The notes beneath the pieces were generated by a model. That model had not been told where the DNA came from, ran no database searches, and saw nothing but the letters and a program-made list of their open reading frames with translations. The translations under genes were made by a program, and so were the position numbers. This document shows, piece after piece, positions 25,259 to 38,744 of a stretch of 64,000 nucleotides of DNA (the stretch's first letter is position 1; each line of letters opens with the position of its first letter). The stretch spans positions 29,164,704 to 29,228,703 of the forward strand of contig CM074521.1 of the NCBI GenBank assembly GCA_037379345.1, given 5' to 3'. This DNA is from Perna viridis. Taxonomy: Eukaryota.

Positions 25259-28200
25259 ATAATACACATTTTAACTGTACTCGTTAGGTAAATCATTGTA
25301 TTTTATATTCATCTAGATTTTTTTAATTAAAAACTTCTGTTCAATACAGTACCTTCTTTATTTGATGGAATTAGTGCAGGTTTTTTGTAGTATATTGACA
25401 CATATAATGTTCAAAAGGTTTTGTTGTGTACATCCGCGTAATATTTATTCACAAAACAAAACACCCAAAATGAAAAAAAAAGCAACAAAAAACAATTCAT
25501 AGACAAAGAAAACTGCATGACACAGCAAAGCTAACGAAATAACAAACATAACATGCTTATGAAAAAAATGGGTAACTGTGAGATACTGCTACACAAAGAT
25601 GAAGCGGTTAGGTAAGAAACATCTGTGTTTTTTTTTCTAAATACACCCACCAGGTTGCTCATATAAATGTCATGTCTTGGGTAGAAGAAATAGCAAACTA
25701 TGTAAGGGTGAACAAATCAGTTCTCAAAAGCATAGATTTATCTTCAAGTAAAGTGGTTGCACGGTGTTTCGTATGATTTATTGCTATGTTATATCCAGGC
25801 GTTCAAATCCTGGCGATGATTTTATATTCGGTATTGTTCTATGTTTGTTGGTGGTTTTATCATTATTCAATCATTTCTACATTGATCACTGTATTAACAT
25901 CATAATATTTTGTTGAATTGAATGTTATCGCCTAAGTGTGAATTTATGACAATGACAATTCCCCTTTAAACTCGGTCGTGAGGTGCATCAACTGCAGTTA
26001 TTGTCGCTAAAATCCTTTCAGATTATACTCACATAGCATGCTTACTCATCCGGAGCAACTGATATCTCTTTCGTTTTTTGTGAGAGTTCATCTTGCTAGT
26101 GCTTTACATTTTTTACTTGACGTCTTGTTTTCCATATCTTTAGTGTTTGCATCCAATTAATTGTATACGGATCGTAACATTACGTTTTTGTTTCCTGTTT
26201 TCTCGTTAAGGCCACGGTTTAATATTTTGACGTATTTTAAATACCCTACTCCTAACGCATCAGTAATCTCTTGCCGATGTGTATGAATACACCATCACGA
26301 TCAACGTGTCAAAGAGATGTCGTCTTTAAAATTGTTGCAATAACTTTTATCTTGTAACAACATCACCCTGCTCCAGAAGCATACATGTACGTTGAATCGA
26401 TACATAAATCCGGTTAAATTTGCCAGGCTCTGGCATAACATGTGGGTCGTGTTATGAAAACTAACAGAAAACAATATAACACTAGATAGCATTTAGTCTG
26501 TCGTGTTATTCAGTCATGAGTTGTCCCTATCCATCGATCTTTTAGAGTAGAACTAGATATGAGGCTGACAAAACAATATCCATAGTACTATGTATCACCC
26601 AGTTTTATGGGTAGAGATGATATATAAGACCACCGAATTTGGGCATGGGAAAGACAAAATTATAGCGAACACGGAGACCTCACGGATATTGTTAAACGAC
26701 GTTTTTTTTCTTTCTAATGATATCTGATATTAATTTAACTTCATAAGAGTGAAAGAAACGGTCAGCGAAGGACAATTTGTTCATAATGGGGGCAAATAGA
26801 TTAGTGAAAAGCTACCCAAAGGAATATAAATGAGAAACACTGAAACATTAGTATAAAGTTACCATGAAAATCAAACTTTCATGAAAAAAAAACAGAAACA
26901 AAATATTTTATTGTTAAAATTAAAATGGAATATTCACTTCGGATACACAGGACCTGATTGCATTTAAAATAAAAGGAGTTTGTATTTGACAAAGACGGAA
27001 AACAGTCGTTTCGCTTGTAAGAATTTATTTCTTAATCCCCGTCTCTTGTGTAGTTAGATAGATAGAAAAAAATGTAACATAATAGCCTGCCACGTAATCA
27101 TTTTATTTTGAAGCACATTTTATTATCAATCTGTTTTGAAAGATGATGTACAAATTGATTTAAAATAATAAATATGACCACTTGTGTCATGTACATGCAT
27201 GGGACATATAATTGAAAGAATATGGAGATTAAACAAATTGTATGTTTTCTTCAGCATAAAAATATGTTTTGTAAGACATCGGAAAAATCTTAAGATATAA
27301 CATTGCAATTACCTTTAAATTTACTTAATTGCGAGAATAAACCAGATCAGCTGTTTAAAGAATCACTCGATTGTAAAAACAAATGGACACCCGAGTGACC
27401 ACAGGTACAATGTATATAGCACGAAGATAAGTCATAACTGCTCTCAATTTTAGCTCCTCGAGAATGCATGTTTAAAATGCTCAAAAGTTGCTTTTGTCTC
27501 CGAGTTCTTAGGGAAACATACCCCTACGTGTGATTTAGTTGATGATTTAGGCTATATTTCTGAAATGTCTACCCGCTAAAAAGGGCACTTTAATGATCCC
27601 AATGAGAGAAATGAAACACATGCCAATAAGGGCAATATGGATGCCAGTCTGGGCAAAGTAATAAAATTCATGGTAAATACTGCTCGTAACACTCATTCTG
27701 GTCGTATATATTCCATCGGCTCGTGATTAGTCGACCTAATTTGTCTTTGAAGCGAAAACCCCAACCTAAAATCATACATTTCTGACTTAAGCAATCGAAG
27801 GATCGATTTGATAATGCCCATACAAAAGTTTTTCCGTACTTTGGACTTGATCAAGGAAACACATATAGTCTATCATTAGGCTTGATATTTGTTTAAAAAT
27901 TGTTTGAATCAAACGGTGCAATATACTAGAAAGTATCAAAAAACACACATGCATCACCCTAGCTATTGTCTTGATGATGAAAAAAACTGATATATTTAGG
28001 TCCGCTTTTCTACATGCATATTTTTTTTCAAAACCGCAAATTTACAAAAAAATCAAAATGAAATAAGCCATAGAAAACTAAAACATACTCACTTCTGACC
28101 CCGTTTCCATCTTTCCGAAAAATGCCTTCACCGCACGACAAATGACGCACGTAATAGGAGATGGCGGACGTTTTTGATAACTGATTTTGAATTTTGAATT

Positions 28201-29450
28201 TTGAAATTTGAATGGCCCTTTTTGGCTTTGCATAGATATTATATTTAAGAAGTCTTTTATAATTTGAGTGAACGGTTATTCAATACTAAATTTTTTTTAA
28301 AAAAATGTAACCGTGGAAAACTCCGTAACATGTCATTTACATCCGCACGTGGGTTTAGTCCTCCAAACCGTGAAAACAACCCCCGAAAGAACTATCTCTG
28401 AATTGATTATACATATTTACCCTTATACGATCGGTTACACGCATGCGTATATGTATTTGAATGTGTATCATTTGATTATTATAGTGTAATGTGTGAAACT
28501 TAATTGGTTTCTAAATATAACTGAACTATTTTTGAAATGTAATCAATGAAAAGTATAAGGATAAATGAGATCATGAATCAAAATATGACTCTTCAAATAC
28601 CTTTCAAAGAGACTACTAGCACTTAAAACCATTAGTGGTATGTATTTTGCAGCAAGAAAAATTTTACAAAAGAAACAATTTCACATTACAACTAGAAAAG
28701 AAAATAGAGAGTGTATACATTAATTACAACGAAGTATACATTCAAATATTTTGCATGGTTTAATTGTGTATTATATCATAGACAACGTTTACACAATATG
28801 TTTAGATTTTTACAAACGTGTTGTTTCACATTTAAAATCTTACTCTGTACAATGCCTACAACGCATATTCCGTAAAGAAGTGATCAAAAAGCACGAAAGG
28901 TATGTCAAAATACACACAATTTTGTACTTGAGTAATTTGTAATTAAATTCTCTTTTATTTGTTGCATAGTACATATGAAATAAAGCATATCAAAAACTGT
29001 AATAATTCAAAATGACGAGTTATAAATATTTTTTTAATGCAGGCTTGTTTTAGTTCTTATATTTATATAGACCTAAGATAAACAGACGAGTTATACGATT
29101 ATGGTGCCATAAAAGTCCAAGAATATAACAGAGTCAAGTTTCACTTTGTGTTCTGTGCAAGTTATCGTGTTTTTGGTAAATACGTGTACATGTCTCTGTT
29201 TTTGCTTTACCAAACTCCACGCGTACCTTTCACGATATACCCTTGTCAGCTTTTGGCTCAGTAAACCTAAGGAAAAACCCAGGCTCGACCAGGGACTTTT
29301 AATAAATCTTTTTGTAATTCCCTTCTTTAGTTTCTTTTTCTTATCGTACTTTAAATTTAGAACATGAATAAAGTGTCAGTAAACGCCATCATAATTTGCG
29401 TTTGTTTGAAAATGAGCATCCCAACTTATCTGTGTAAATATATTTATATA

Positions 29451-29627
29451 GCCTAGCTGGCCTAGTGATCTAGGGCGCTGGACTCAGTGCAGGCGGTATT
29501 GCCATAGATGTCACAGCGGTACGAGTTCGAGTCCCGCGGAGGGAACGACAAAAATTTGCTTCGCAAATTTGACAGTTCTAACATCGTTTGGAATTTTTCA
29601 GACACCCCTATATATATATATATATAA
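29451..29627 (+). mobile_element. tRNA-derived SINE
   Basis: Box A TGGCCTAGTGATC, box B GAGTTCGAGTCC and a (TA)n tail. Absent from the homologous site of paralog A. Confidence 0.8.
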
Positions 29628-30930
29628 CCCGGAAGAAAAAAGTGGCATATTGTTAGGTGACCCCGTAGCATCTGAGGAAATCACTCCACTACCAACTGAC
29701 AATTCGTCAGCGTATTCCGAGGAAGAAGTAGCCAGCGACAGTGACTATGACGATGATTTTGAAGTCGAAGTCAAAGAAACAGAGACATTTACTCTTTTAG
29801 ATTTTGGTGACGGCATTAAAGTTAGAATTCCAAGTGATATAGAGGCGTCTTTCAAATCCTTTTTGTCAATCATGTGGACCTCAATTGAGAAAAAACAGAG
29901 AAGTGTTTATTCAAAATCAGTTTCGAAATATGAAATATTTGTCTAATAACATTAGAATTATACCCAAGAAGGGACATTTGCTGTAGAAAAGGAAAAGTAA
30001 AATTACAAAGCCTTCGGAAAAGAATTTACCTCGGGCTAAGCAGTGTGTTTTGGCATTACTAGACAATGTTTGCTCCTTTTGAAAACAGAGATGTTACAAG
30101 GTACATAGCATTGATCGAAACCGGTGGAAATAACTGGAAGTCTGTCTGACAGATATTTATAATTTGTTTTATTGTTGTATTTTCCCGCCATGTCCCGGGT
30201 TATTGGGGAAAGTAAAAGCACTCAATCATGTTTTATCTCCCCACTTACTTTATTTGTCTGTCCATACTAAGGAACCTTTCTTCCAAGGATTGTCATGTTA
30301 TTGGTTTTACGTTTTTGTTTTGTTTGTTTGTTTTTTTTTTGTATAGTTAACGTCGACTTTCGTATTTCACATGTATGAATAATTTCACATCCTTTATTTT
30401 GGGGACTATTACAGCTTGTGTTATGGTATGACTTTTCATCTTCGAAGACCGTAGGGTGAACTGTACAAGTTAAATTGTACGTTAATTGGCATTCCTACCA
30501 CTTCTACTATTTTTAAATGGATTTAAAATAGACATTATTACTTTTCATTTAGGACGATGGGTTTATTGTGTTTAAGTGTATCAGACTAAACAGTTTTGGA
30601 ATTGCGTCCGAACCAAAAGTAATTGACGGTGTGGTTGATCCATCAGGAAAAGTGTTGTCCACAGGAATTTGTGGCAGATTGGATATACACTTGGAGGAAG
30701 GATGTGTTACTGAAAGGCAAAAATACCAGTATTCAGTAAGTACATTTTTTTTTAAATGAAGACAGATTTGTAATATGGATATATACAATTATGTATAACT
30801 TGAGTAAAGAATAAAAGTAAACCGAACTAGTTGCAGATGCAGTGTGTTGTGCATAATATGCCAGATAAAGGAATGCCTTAATTTACCACATAAATTGGCA
30901 TATCAATTTATTTTTGTACTAAAACATAAA

Positions 30931-31643
30931 ATTATAGGATTGAACAGCTATTTTGGGTCGTTCATCTCTCCACACCCAAACAGTACATGAACGACCTTCG
31001 GCCGTTCATTGTGTTTGGGAGCTCCGAGATCAGTTCATACATGCATGAACGACCGAAAATAGCTGTTCAATCCTTATAATCCTATCCGACAGTCAAAGTT
31101 ACCTCTGCGAGCTTCAGTCGGTTATATTGATACACTGTTTTTACGCTTCAATATACACAAATTCCTTTGCACACGTATGGGAGAACGGACGAATATTTAA
31201 ACATAATCGGCTGCACAACGACAGTGAAAGCGGCATGGACGATGTTATAGTTGGCATTGAAAAATATGAGATGTAAACAATTCAGCAGGACTATAATTAT
31301 AAAGGAAATACAACAAGGAAGAAGGAACATTACAACAAGGTGTTTTTAAGGGTTCAGTCAGACTAAGTTATAAATTTCTTTCCCCGAGCTGAAAATTATT
31401 CTCTGTAAACAAATTTGACCGGTAAAATCAATGTGCATGTAATAAACTATTCATACGGCTATATCATGCCGTTCAGTTCGTTGCCATACTCTACACGGCC
31501 GCCATATTGGTTTCAAGTTGACTGGCGTTTATGCATGTATGAACGATCTGTCGAAGTTCATTCAGGTATGAACTTTCTGGCAACGACGTTCTCGACCAAT
31601 CAAAAACGGCTATAAGCATGAGGAATCTCATCATAAGAATTAT
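30931..31643. mobile_element. Crypton-like non-autonomous insertion with a terminal 150-bp nested palindrome
   Basis: Present in paralog B's intron and absent from A's. Bounded by ATTAT direct repeats. 30931-31080 is a long hairpin. No element-spanning TIRs. Confidence 0.6.
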
Positions 31644-32080
31644 TTCATTTTGAATTTTTATACATAAAAATAATATAATGATGTTTAAACTTTTAGATTC
31701 AAAGACCAGATCCCAATTATGCAAAGAAGCTAAAGGATCCAAATAAACTGATTGCTGCAGTCAGTGACAAATTGACGATCAACTTTAACAAAAAAAAATT
31801 CAACAAACCTATTTCATTGGTTGCTACGCTCACCACAGATGAAGCGAATGGTTCTGATTTTGACAGCTTTGAACTCAAAGGAATTGTATATAAAAACGAC
31901 AAGCCAGACGTTATCAACACAAAAGTAGAACAAGTTACAGATACTAAATACAAAATGACACTCGACAAACCTTCAAGGTAGTAAAATTGAGGATTTTGAC
32001 TTACCTAATTATTGACATTGTTTTGAAATCGTAATCTTTCCGCTGATTGCGTTAGACTAAATTAAAACTTTATAGATGTT

Positions 32081-32467
32081 CTATACTAACAATGTAGCCT
32101 CGGATACCTCTGTTGAACGGGTAATCATTGTAGATTCTTCATATTGTACACTAACAATATAGCCTCGGATACCTCTGTTGAACGGGTAATTATTGTAGAT
32201 TCATCATAATCTATACTAACAGTATAGCCTCGGATACCTTCGTTGAACGGATAATCATTTTAGATTCATTATATTCTATACTAACAATGTAGCCTCGGAT
32301 ACCTCTGTTGAACGGGTAATTATTGTAGATTCATCATAATCTATACTAACAGTATAGCCTCGGATACCTCTGTTGAACGGGTAATCATTGTAGATTCATT
32401 ATATTCTATACTAAAAATGTAGCCTCGGATACCTCGGTTGAACGGGTTATCATTGTAGAATCATTAC
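32081..32467. repeat. 65-bp minisatellite, 6 copies
   Basis: Units start at 32081, 32146, 32211, 32276, 32341 and 32406 (CTATACTAACAATGTAGCCTCGGATACCTCTGTTGAACGGGTAATCATTGTAGATTC...). Confidence 0.95.
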
Positions 32468-35400
32468 AATGATTTCCAGTCAAAATTAAACATTTAGGAG
32501 AGGAAAACCTGAGATTGATAAGAATAAATATTGATATACAAAAATGATTGCCACAATTTTAAATTTGAATATCGTAATACAAAAAATGCAAATTGGCAGT
32601 TTGTGTAAATAACACCTATACTACAATTGGTGCAAATTGTGATATTCAGCTGACATTGTTTTATTAAAATGCTTTCAAATTCTGGCATGTTTTCACAATC
32701 ACCTCTGTATGGTTCTTTCGAACTATTCTAATTATCTAAACACTATTACAGGGTTCTTATTGCTTTTTTGCGAAGAAACACAAACTACAACCGCGTAGAA
32801 CCAATGCTGAGAAATGAACTTGATCGACGTTTCAAAGTGAAGGAACCGTGTAAAATTGTATTATTCTTCCATCAAAGGGTTGACCAATGTGTACATTTCT
32901 TCGCCGAATGCACGTCTGAAAGAGATATTGAAAAAGGAGTGATCACTTCAAAAAGCGGAGGCAGAAAGCTCCTTTTTGAATCTGATGTTTTGTTATATAC
33001 ACAGCAAAGAATTCGTATTCGCCCGCACGGGTGTATTCGTACACCACTTGGGGCAGATTCAAAAACTACTTTTTATTTTTCTTGTGGACGTCAAAGAAAA
33101 TTTTTTGTGAATTTTCTGTGCAGTTAAACATATCTTTGGGTGCCTCTGTAGATGCTATTATAGAGTTTTCAGCAGACAATCAGGCAAAAGGCAAAATCGC
33201 TAAAGCAAAATTCAATATGGACTTCATATACAATTCTGAAAATCGTCCACGTGTTTAAAGTTGCATCTAAGTTACACATTTTTTTTTTATAAATTTTAAC
33301 TCATAATAATTATAGTAAAGAATAAAGTGTACTGTCAAATAAAAGGATTGTTATGTTCGCCTTTCTTCAGATTTCCTCAGAAGATCAATTTTAAGGATAT
33401 CCAAGGACATCTGTAGGGAGTAAATGTAAAAACTGTTGACGCGGTAGAGCGATCTTGTTGATGAGAATACTGCACTTTAAAAAAAAGAATAATTTGCAAA
33501 TGTCAGATTGTTTTACATATTATTCAGAATTGAGGTATATCAGGGAGACTTCTTATTTACTTATTTTGGATTTGGAGTGCCAAAGTTCATTATTATTAAA
33601 TCGTGGTCCTGAGGTCAAGGTTGGCTACATAGATGGTTTAGGTAATCTGTTGAATCAAAGTACTGACTACTCCGTCCTTATTTAAGATTACGAAGCTAGG
33701 ACTCTAGAAGGAATATGCACACCGTCGACTGCTTCTCTGTATGTCTGATGGACTCAAAGTAAAGCTAAAATAAATAGAGGCAAAATGGGTTGGCCAAATG
33801 TAGGGGAGGGAAGAGGTCAATGATCATTACCCAATAACCTCTATTAATGGAATAACGCAGATATTTTAAGGATGCTTAGGATTCATCATAGAAACCATCA
33901 AAACTTTAGAAAGGTTTGAAATAAAGTTAGTAGATTAGATAAACTGTATATCATTAGGACTTTGTACAAGTCCTTACAGCTTACAAACTCTCCACATTAC
34001 ATCTCATTAGTTTCGAAAGCTTTTCAGTGGTCATCATTCCACTTGGAACAGTGTACCGTGAACGGAAACAACGTACACAGAAAAAAAATGAAACGTGTTT
34101 CTCATCTGTTTTCCATATGCTTAGGACAGTCACGAAAAACATATGAACACGTATGTGTACGACTAACAAATTAATACACTAAAAAAGGTAAAGCATATGC
34201 TAATTATGTCTTCCATATGTCTTAAGTGTTTGAAAAAAGTATGGTTTTCATATAATTTAGGACAACTGTTGTTTGCGATTTTGTAGGCTCTACATATCTA
34301 TTTCCGTATTGGTATGAACATCTATTTCCACATGCAATTTCACCTTTGTGGTTGAAACCGACTAAATTGAATCCGCCTGTATTTAGAAGCACCTCTACGT
34401 ACAACTAGAATATCTAAGAGGAAATATTGTCCAATAAAACATGTTTTCAGCCAGATGCAGATTTAAGGATTTTTAATTGCTATTTAGATTATGGAATGTA
34501 AACCACTTTGGGTCGTTTTACGCTGAATTAACCTGGAAGCGCTGAGAGTTTTATGTTGCACGTATCTTGGATGATATTCTTTCCTTACAATCCAATACAA
34601 ATCGTCAAAGGACATTAAACGTGACTAGGAAAATGATAATTTATATGCTGATCTCAAATTCTTATTGAAGAATATGATAGTATATGTTTATGTTATGGAT
34701 TTTATTCAACGTACGACTTTTTATCTTCGATTAATTTAAAAATAGAAACTATTAATGTGGTATGGGTTGTTATTACAAAGAAGATACGAATAAAACCTCG
34801 TTTCAATTTTTAAAATTGCCAATTACAATAAAACAATTATATGGTGTACGCGTGCCCATTTTTAAACAGAATCTGTAGATGTTTAAGTTTTGTTTTTATA
34901 TTTGGGACAAGTATTTTGTATTTGGGACTTTATTAGGAGTAACAAGCTCCTGTTGTTTCTCATCATGGATCGATTTGACTGCAAAAAGGATTCAAACAAT
35001 TTGATATGGAACCTTAACTTAGCACGCCGTTTGATGGTGGAAAACTCCTCAAATTCACTATCGATATTATTATCACTTCTTTTACCAGTCTTCAAACGGA
35101 TTCTGATAAAATTGTTCAGATATTTCAAACTTTAACGAATTTGACATGAACTGGGAACGAACTGCAAAACGCTCAAGCAACTGCAAGGGAACGCACAAGT
35201 TCATTTGGACTTCGACTAGCATCCGTTTTTCATTCGTTCTTATAAGTTTGAGAACGTTGCAATTTGATATGAACGTGGAGAATTTTTGTGAAAACATAAA
35301 AGTTTTAAACGTTATCAAAACGTTTTCTATTCGTTGTGTTCGTTAGGTGATCGTTATCAGAAAGTTAAACCAGTTCACAAAATACTTTTAACACGTAAGG

Positions 35401-35744
35401 ATTTTTTTCCATTTATGTAAGGCTTTTTCTTTCAGAAATATACGGATTACATTTAGTACGCTTATTTCGATATCAAAACACTTTGTGGAGATGATAGGGG
35501 TTGGAACTTTTTTATCTCAGGTTCCACTTACATATTAAGCCTTTTTGCATCTACAAACCTCAATACATGTTTCAACATATCTTTAATTGTAAGTTTAGTA
35601 TTTTTAATTGTATAATCGTAAGCAACCATAGAATTGAAGGAAAAGATCATCTTGATCATCTTTATCGCAGATCTGTCATGATCTTACAAGAAAAATAGGT
35701 TTAAATGTTTAATAAATAAAAGAAAAACAAAACAAAACAAAACA

Positions 35745-35910
35745 TAAGTCGCCAGCTGGTGCTAAGACGACTAAACCCTCTTAACTTTACGTGGTGAAAA
35801 AGAAGTCCGCTTACTTGTGCTAAAAAGACTAGTTCCCCTTAACTTTTAGTGAAACAGAAGTCCACAGACTTGTGTTAAGACGATTGCTTTACATTATTAA
35901 CTTTTAATAA
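35745..35910. repeat. ~55-bp degenerate tandem repeat, 3 copies
   Basis: Recurring AAGTC..TTGTGCTAAGACGACTA..CCCTTAACTTT..GTGAAA units. Confidence 0.6.
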
Positions 35911-36734
35911 AATAGAAACTTTTTTTAAAAATGTGTGACATAGGAGACTTTACTAAGACGGAAACAAATAAAATTTCGAAATTGCTTAAATAATAACTAC
36001 AGTACAGGAGACTTTACTTGTAAGGTAGACCTATCACTAAAAGCTTAGCAAAACTTATTTTATCTCAGATATACCTTGTTATAACGAATCCGTATTTACA
36101 ACATTTTCAGAACCGTAACCGGAAACTGTTATATGTGATTTGTTTCAATTTCCGAAACTTAAACGTCCAAAAATGTCAAAACAATAATAAAAAAACTGAA
36201 CTTCGCTACTTTTGAAATTGTTCCAAGAACATTTTAACCTCTTAACGTTTACTGAAAAATGACCAAAATTGGTTCACTTTATTCTTACAGCAAGAACTGT
36301 TGAAGTGCAAAATTTATTACAGACATCTGAAAATAAAATAAATGTGGGGGGACCCCTACAGTATAATAATGAATACTGCATTAAATGCAAATATATCATA
36401 TCTACCCACGCTTGTTACTGTGGGAGAAAAAAGATCGCGGAACTCGAGAAACTAAGCGGTCATGTGCTATTCTTGTTGACACACCATTACCTTATATAGT
36501 TAAAACGTAAAGTAATCAGTCTTGATACTGAATTTTTGAACACTGATGTATATGTATGTAATTGTTTTTTTTTAATGGAAGAGTTGTGACAGTAATTTTC
36601 TTTTAAGAAATCAAAACCAAAGTATCAATGAAAATACCTGCAATCAAGTTCCAACGACAAGACTAAGATAGTTGAGAAATGTTAATAATGCAACGACACA
36701 ATCTATCAGTACAGTCACTGAAGAAGTACTCGAG

Positions 36735-36885
36735 GGAACCGAGATTTCTTCTTGAAATGTAATCCAAGGACAAAGACCAGACATAGAAAACAGACAAACA
36801 CAACAAAGAATATAAAGTAACTAAAATAATATATACAAATTAGCAAAAAATAATGAGGAACTCGAATGCCACTAAAAACTGGGAA
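36735..36885 (-). mobile_element. Penelope-like retroelement 3' UTR fragment
   Basis: Homologous to 16900-17050 and 54630-54785. Confidence 0.65.
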
Positions 36886-37474
36886 TATCACCACTCAATC
36901 TGACAGACGATCTATCAATGGCTTTTTTATTTTTCAATTCGTTCGCAGTTAATAATCTCAGTTCGTATATAAGTGTAAAATGGTCTTTCAAACAAAATCA
37001 ATATTATATTTTAACTCTTAACGGTTGATAAACAAGGATATGAAAATTGACACTGGTATTTGGTGTATGCACCGCTCTGATAGAAACGGGTTTATTGTGG
37101 TGGTATTAACATGCGACTTTGATATACAGGTATGATCTCTCATACAATTTTAGACATTTCAATTCTTTGCCTCTACAATTACACTATTGTCTAAGCTGTT
37201 AAATGAATCAAATCTAGATAATTCAAATGGATAAAGTAATTATTGTTGGTAAACTATATCCATTTAAGTATAAAAATACGCATTTGTTTTATTAAGATAA
37301 TTAAATGAATCATTTATAGGATTTTATTGAATGATATTGATACAAGCTTCAATAGTACAAAAACATGGTCGTCTAAATTTTAAATTCCACAATATCATTA
37401 GTACTCGATTAAGGAGATATCTTACTAATTGTGCTGATATCAATTAGATATTTTAGCTTTAACTTCCTGATTAT

Positions 37475-37860
37475 TTAAGTACCATTCTGTGTAAGAATCA
37501 GGTAATTGTTGGCACATCATATTTCTCAATTTTATTCTTTTTTGTTTACCTCAAATACATACAATACATCTGGAAAGCAAATGAACAGCTATTTTAATTT
37601 ATTCTGAAGCATTGATAATGTAGATATTTTTGACTGCTTATATAAAGAAATAGTTGGGGAAAATTTTCTCGCCATTTTTCCATAGTGCATTTTAACTAAA
37701 TTTGACCTATCAATATCTTAAAAAGGCAAACACTTTGACAGTCATTTCTTGAGGTTATAAGTTATATAAAACTTGGATTATGCGATAAAACATCTGTGTA
37801 TTTTTTTTTCATGTGCCACACCTTATACACATTTTGCCTGATTCTTAGACGGAGTACTCA
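37475..37860. mobile_element. MITE, TTAA-flanked (Kolobok-like) family
   Basis: Colinear with 22738-23097. TIR-like ends GTAAGAATCAGG / CCTGATTCTTAG. Confidence 0.65.
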
Positions 37861-38744
37861 AGTTCTTTTTACACGTTCTCGTTTGATTCCCGCAAGGTTT
37901 GTTTTGTCATTGCCTAATAAATCGACAACATTGTTCTTAAGGTGTCTGACAGAACGAAAATATAACAGCATGATAGATACGTTATTTATCATGTGACGGA
38001 AATTACAATGATACCGGTATAGGTACGCTATTTATAATTTTAATAAGAACATGTTTTACGTGTGTTTGTAGGAAAAAGATAATTACGATTAAAAAGAATT
38101 GAATATGATTTAAAATATCGAAGAAAATGATGTCAATCTTTAAGAATTGATAACGAATTGAAAACCACTTGTCTTTTAATTAACTAATAATGAAATAATA
38201 CTTCATGGCAGAGTAGAATTTTTATTACAATCAATAGAGCAATGCCATCGAAAATCTTGACTTTAACATTTTATAAATATTTATTTTGATATTTAAACCT
38301 TCTGTGTTATACATTATTGCTCTTTTTTAAACAAAGTTATAATTGTTTTCTTAATATACGAAATATCGTAGGACCAAAAGAGTCCCTAATATATGTACTG
38401 CATTTATGCATCCTTGGTTTAAATTTACAAAATATAAAAATATTAATATATTGCAAATCTCGATATGCTGTACACGTGCTTCAAGCGGTAACCTTTTATT
38501 AGCAGCATTATACTAAAACATATAGGAAGATCTAAATCTAAAATAAAGACGTATGCAAAAAGAACACGAAACTATCGCAATTGAAAGCCAAATTCATCAC
38601 TGAGATGTTTTATCACGTGTAATACAATGAATGAAGCCTCATTGATTTAGGTTTTTGAAATTTGTAATACCGCACATTTAGATAAATATGATAGATACGA
38701 TGTGATGTAATTCGGGGTCTGACAAGTCTGACACTTTAAAAAAG

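Larger units (their letters stand above)
29628..33258 (+). pseudogene. ZU5-ZU5-UPA protein, paralog B body, disrupted
   Basis: Exons ~29628-30146, 30553-30735, 31697-31977 and 32752-33258 are closely similar to paralog A. Lesions: SINE at the exon-2 acceptor, frameshift ~29895, ~40-nt deletion ~30065, lost exon-2 donor, frameshift ~33063. Confidence 0.82.

Noticed and set aside
27451-27540. Possible extra leader-exon copy (CTCCTCGAGAA...CCTACGTGTG)
   Set aside because: Only two short word matches with the wrong spacing, and no GEL/PYA codons or donor site.
29451-29545. tRNA gene
   Set aside because: A/B boxes are present, but there is no proper cloverleaf and it continues into a SINE body and (TA)n tail.
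32081-32467. CRISPR-like array
   Set aside because: Contiguous near-identical units with no unique spacers, in a eukaryotic intron.
34883-35346. Overlapping ORFs on both strands
   Set aside because: No motifs. The region has AACG/CGTT-rich subterminal-type repeats like a decayed DNA transposon and could not be classified.
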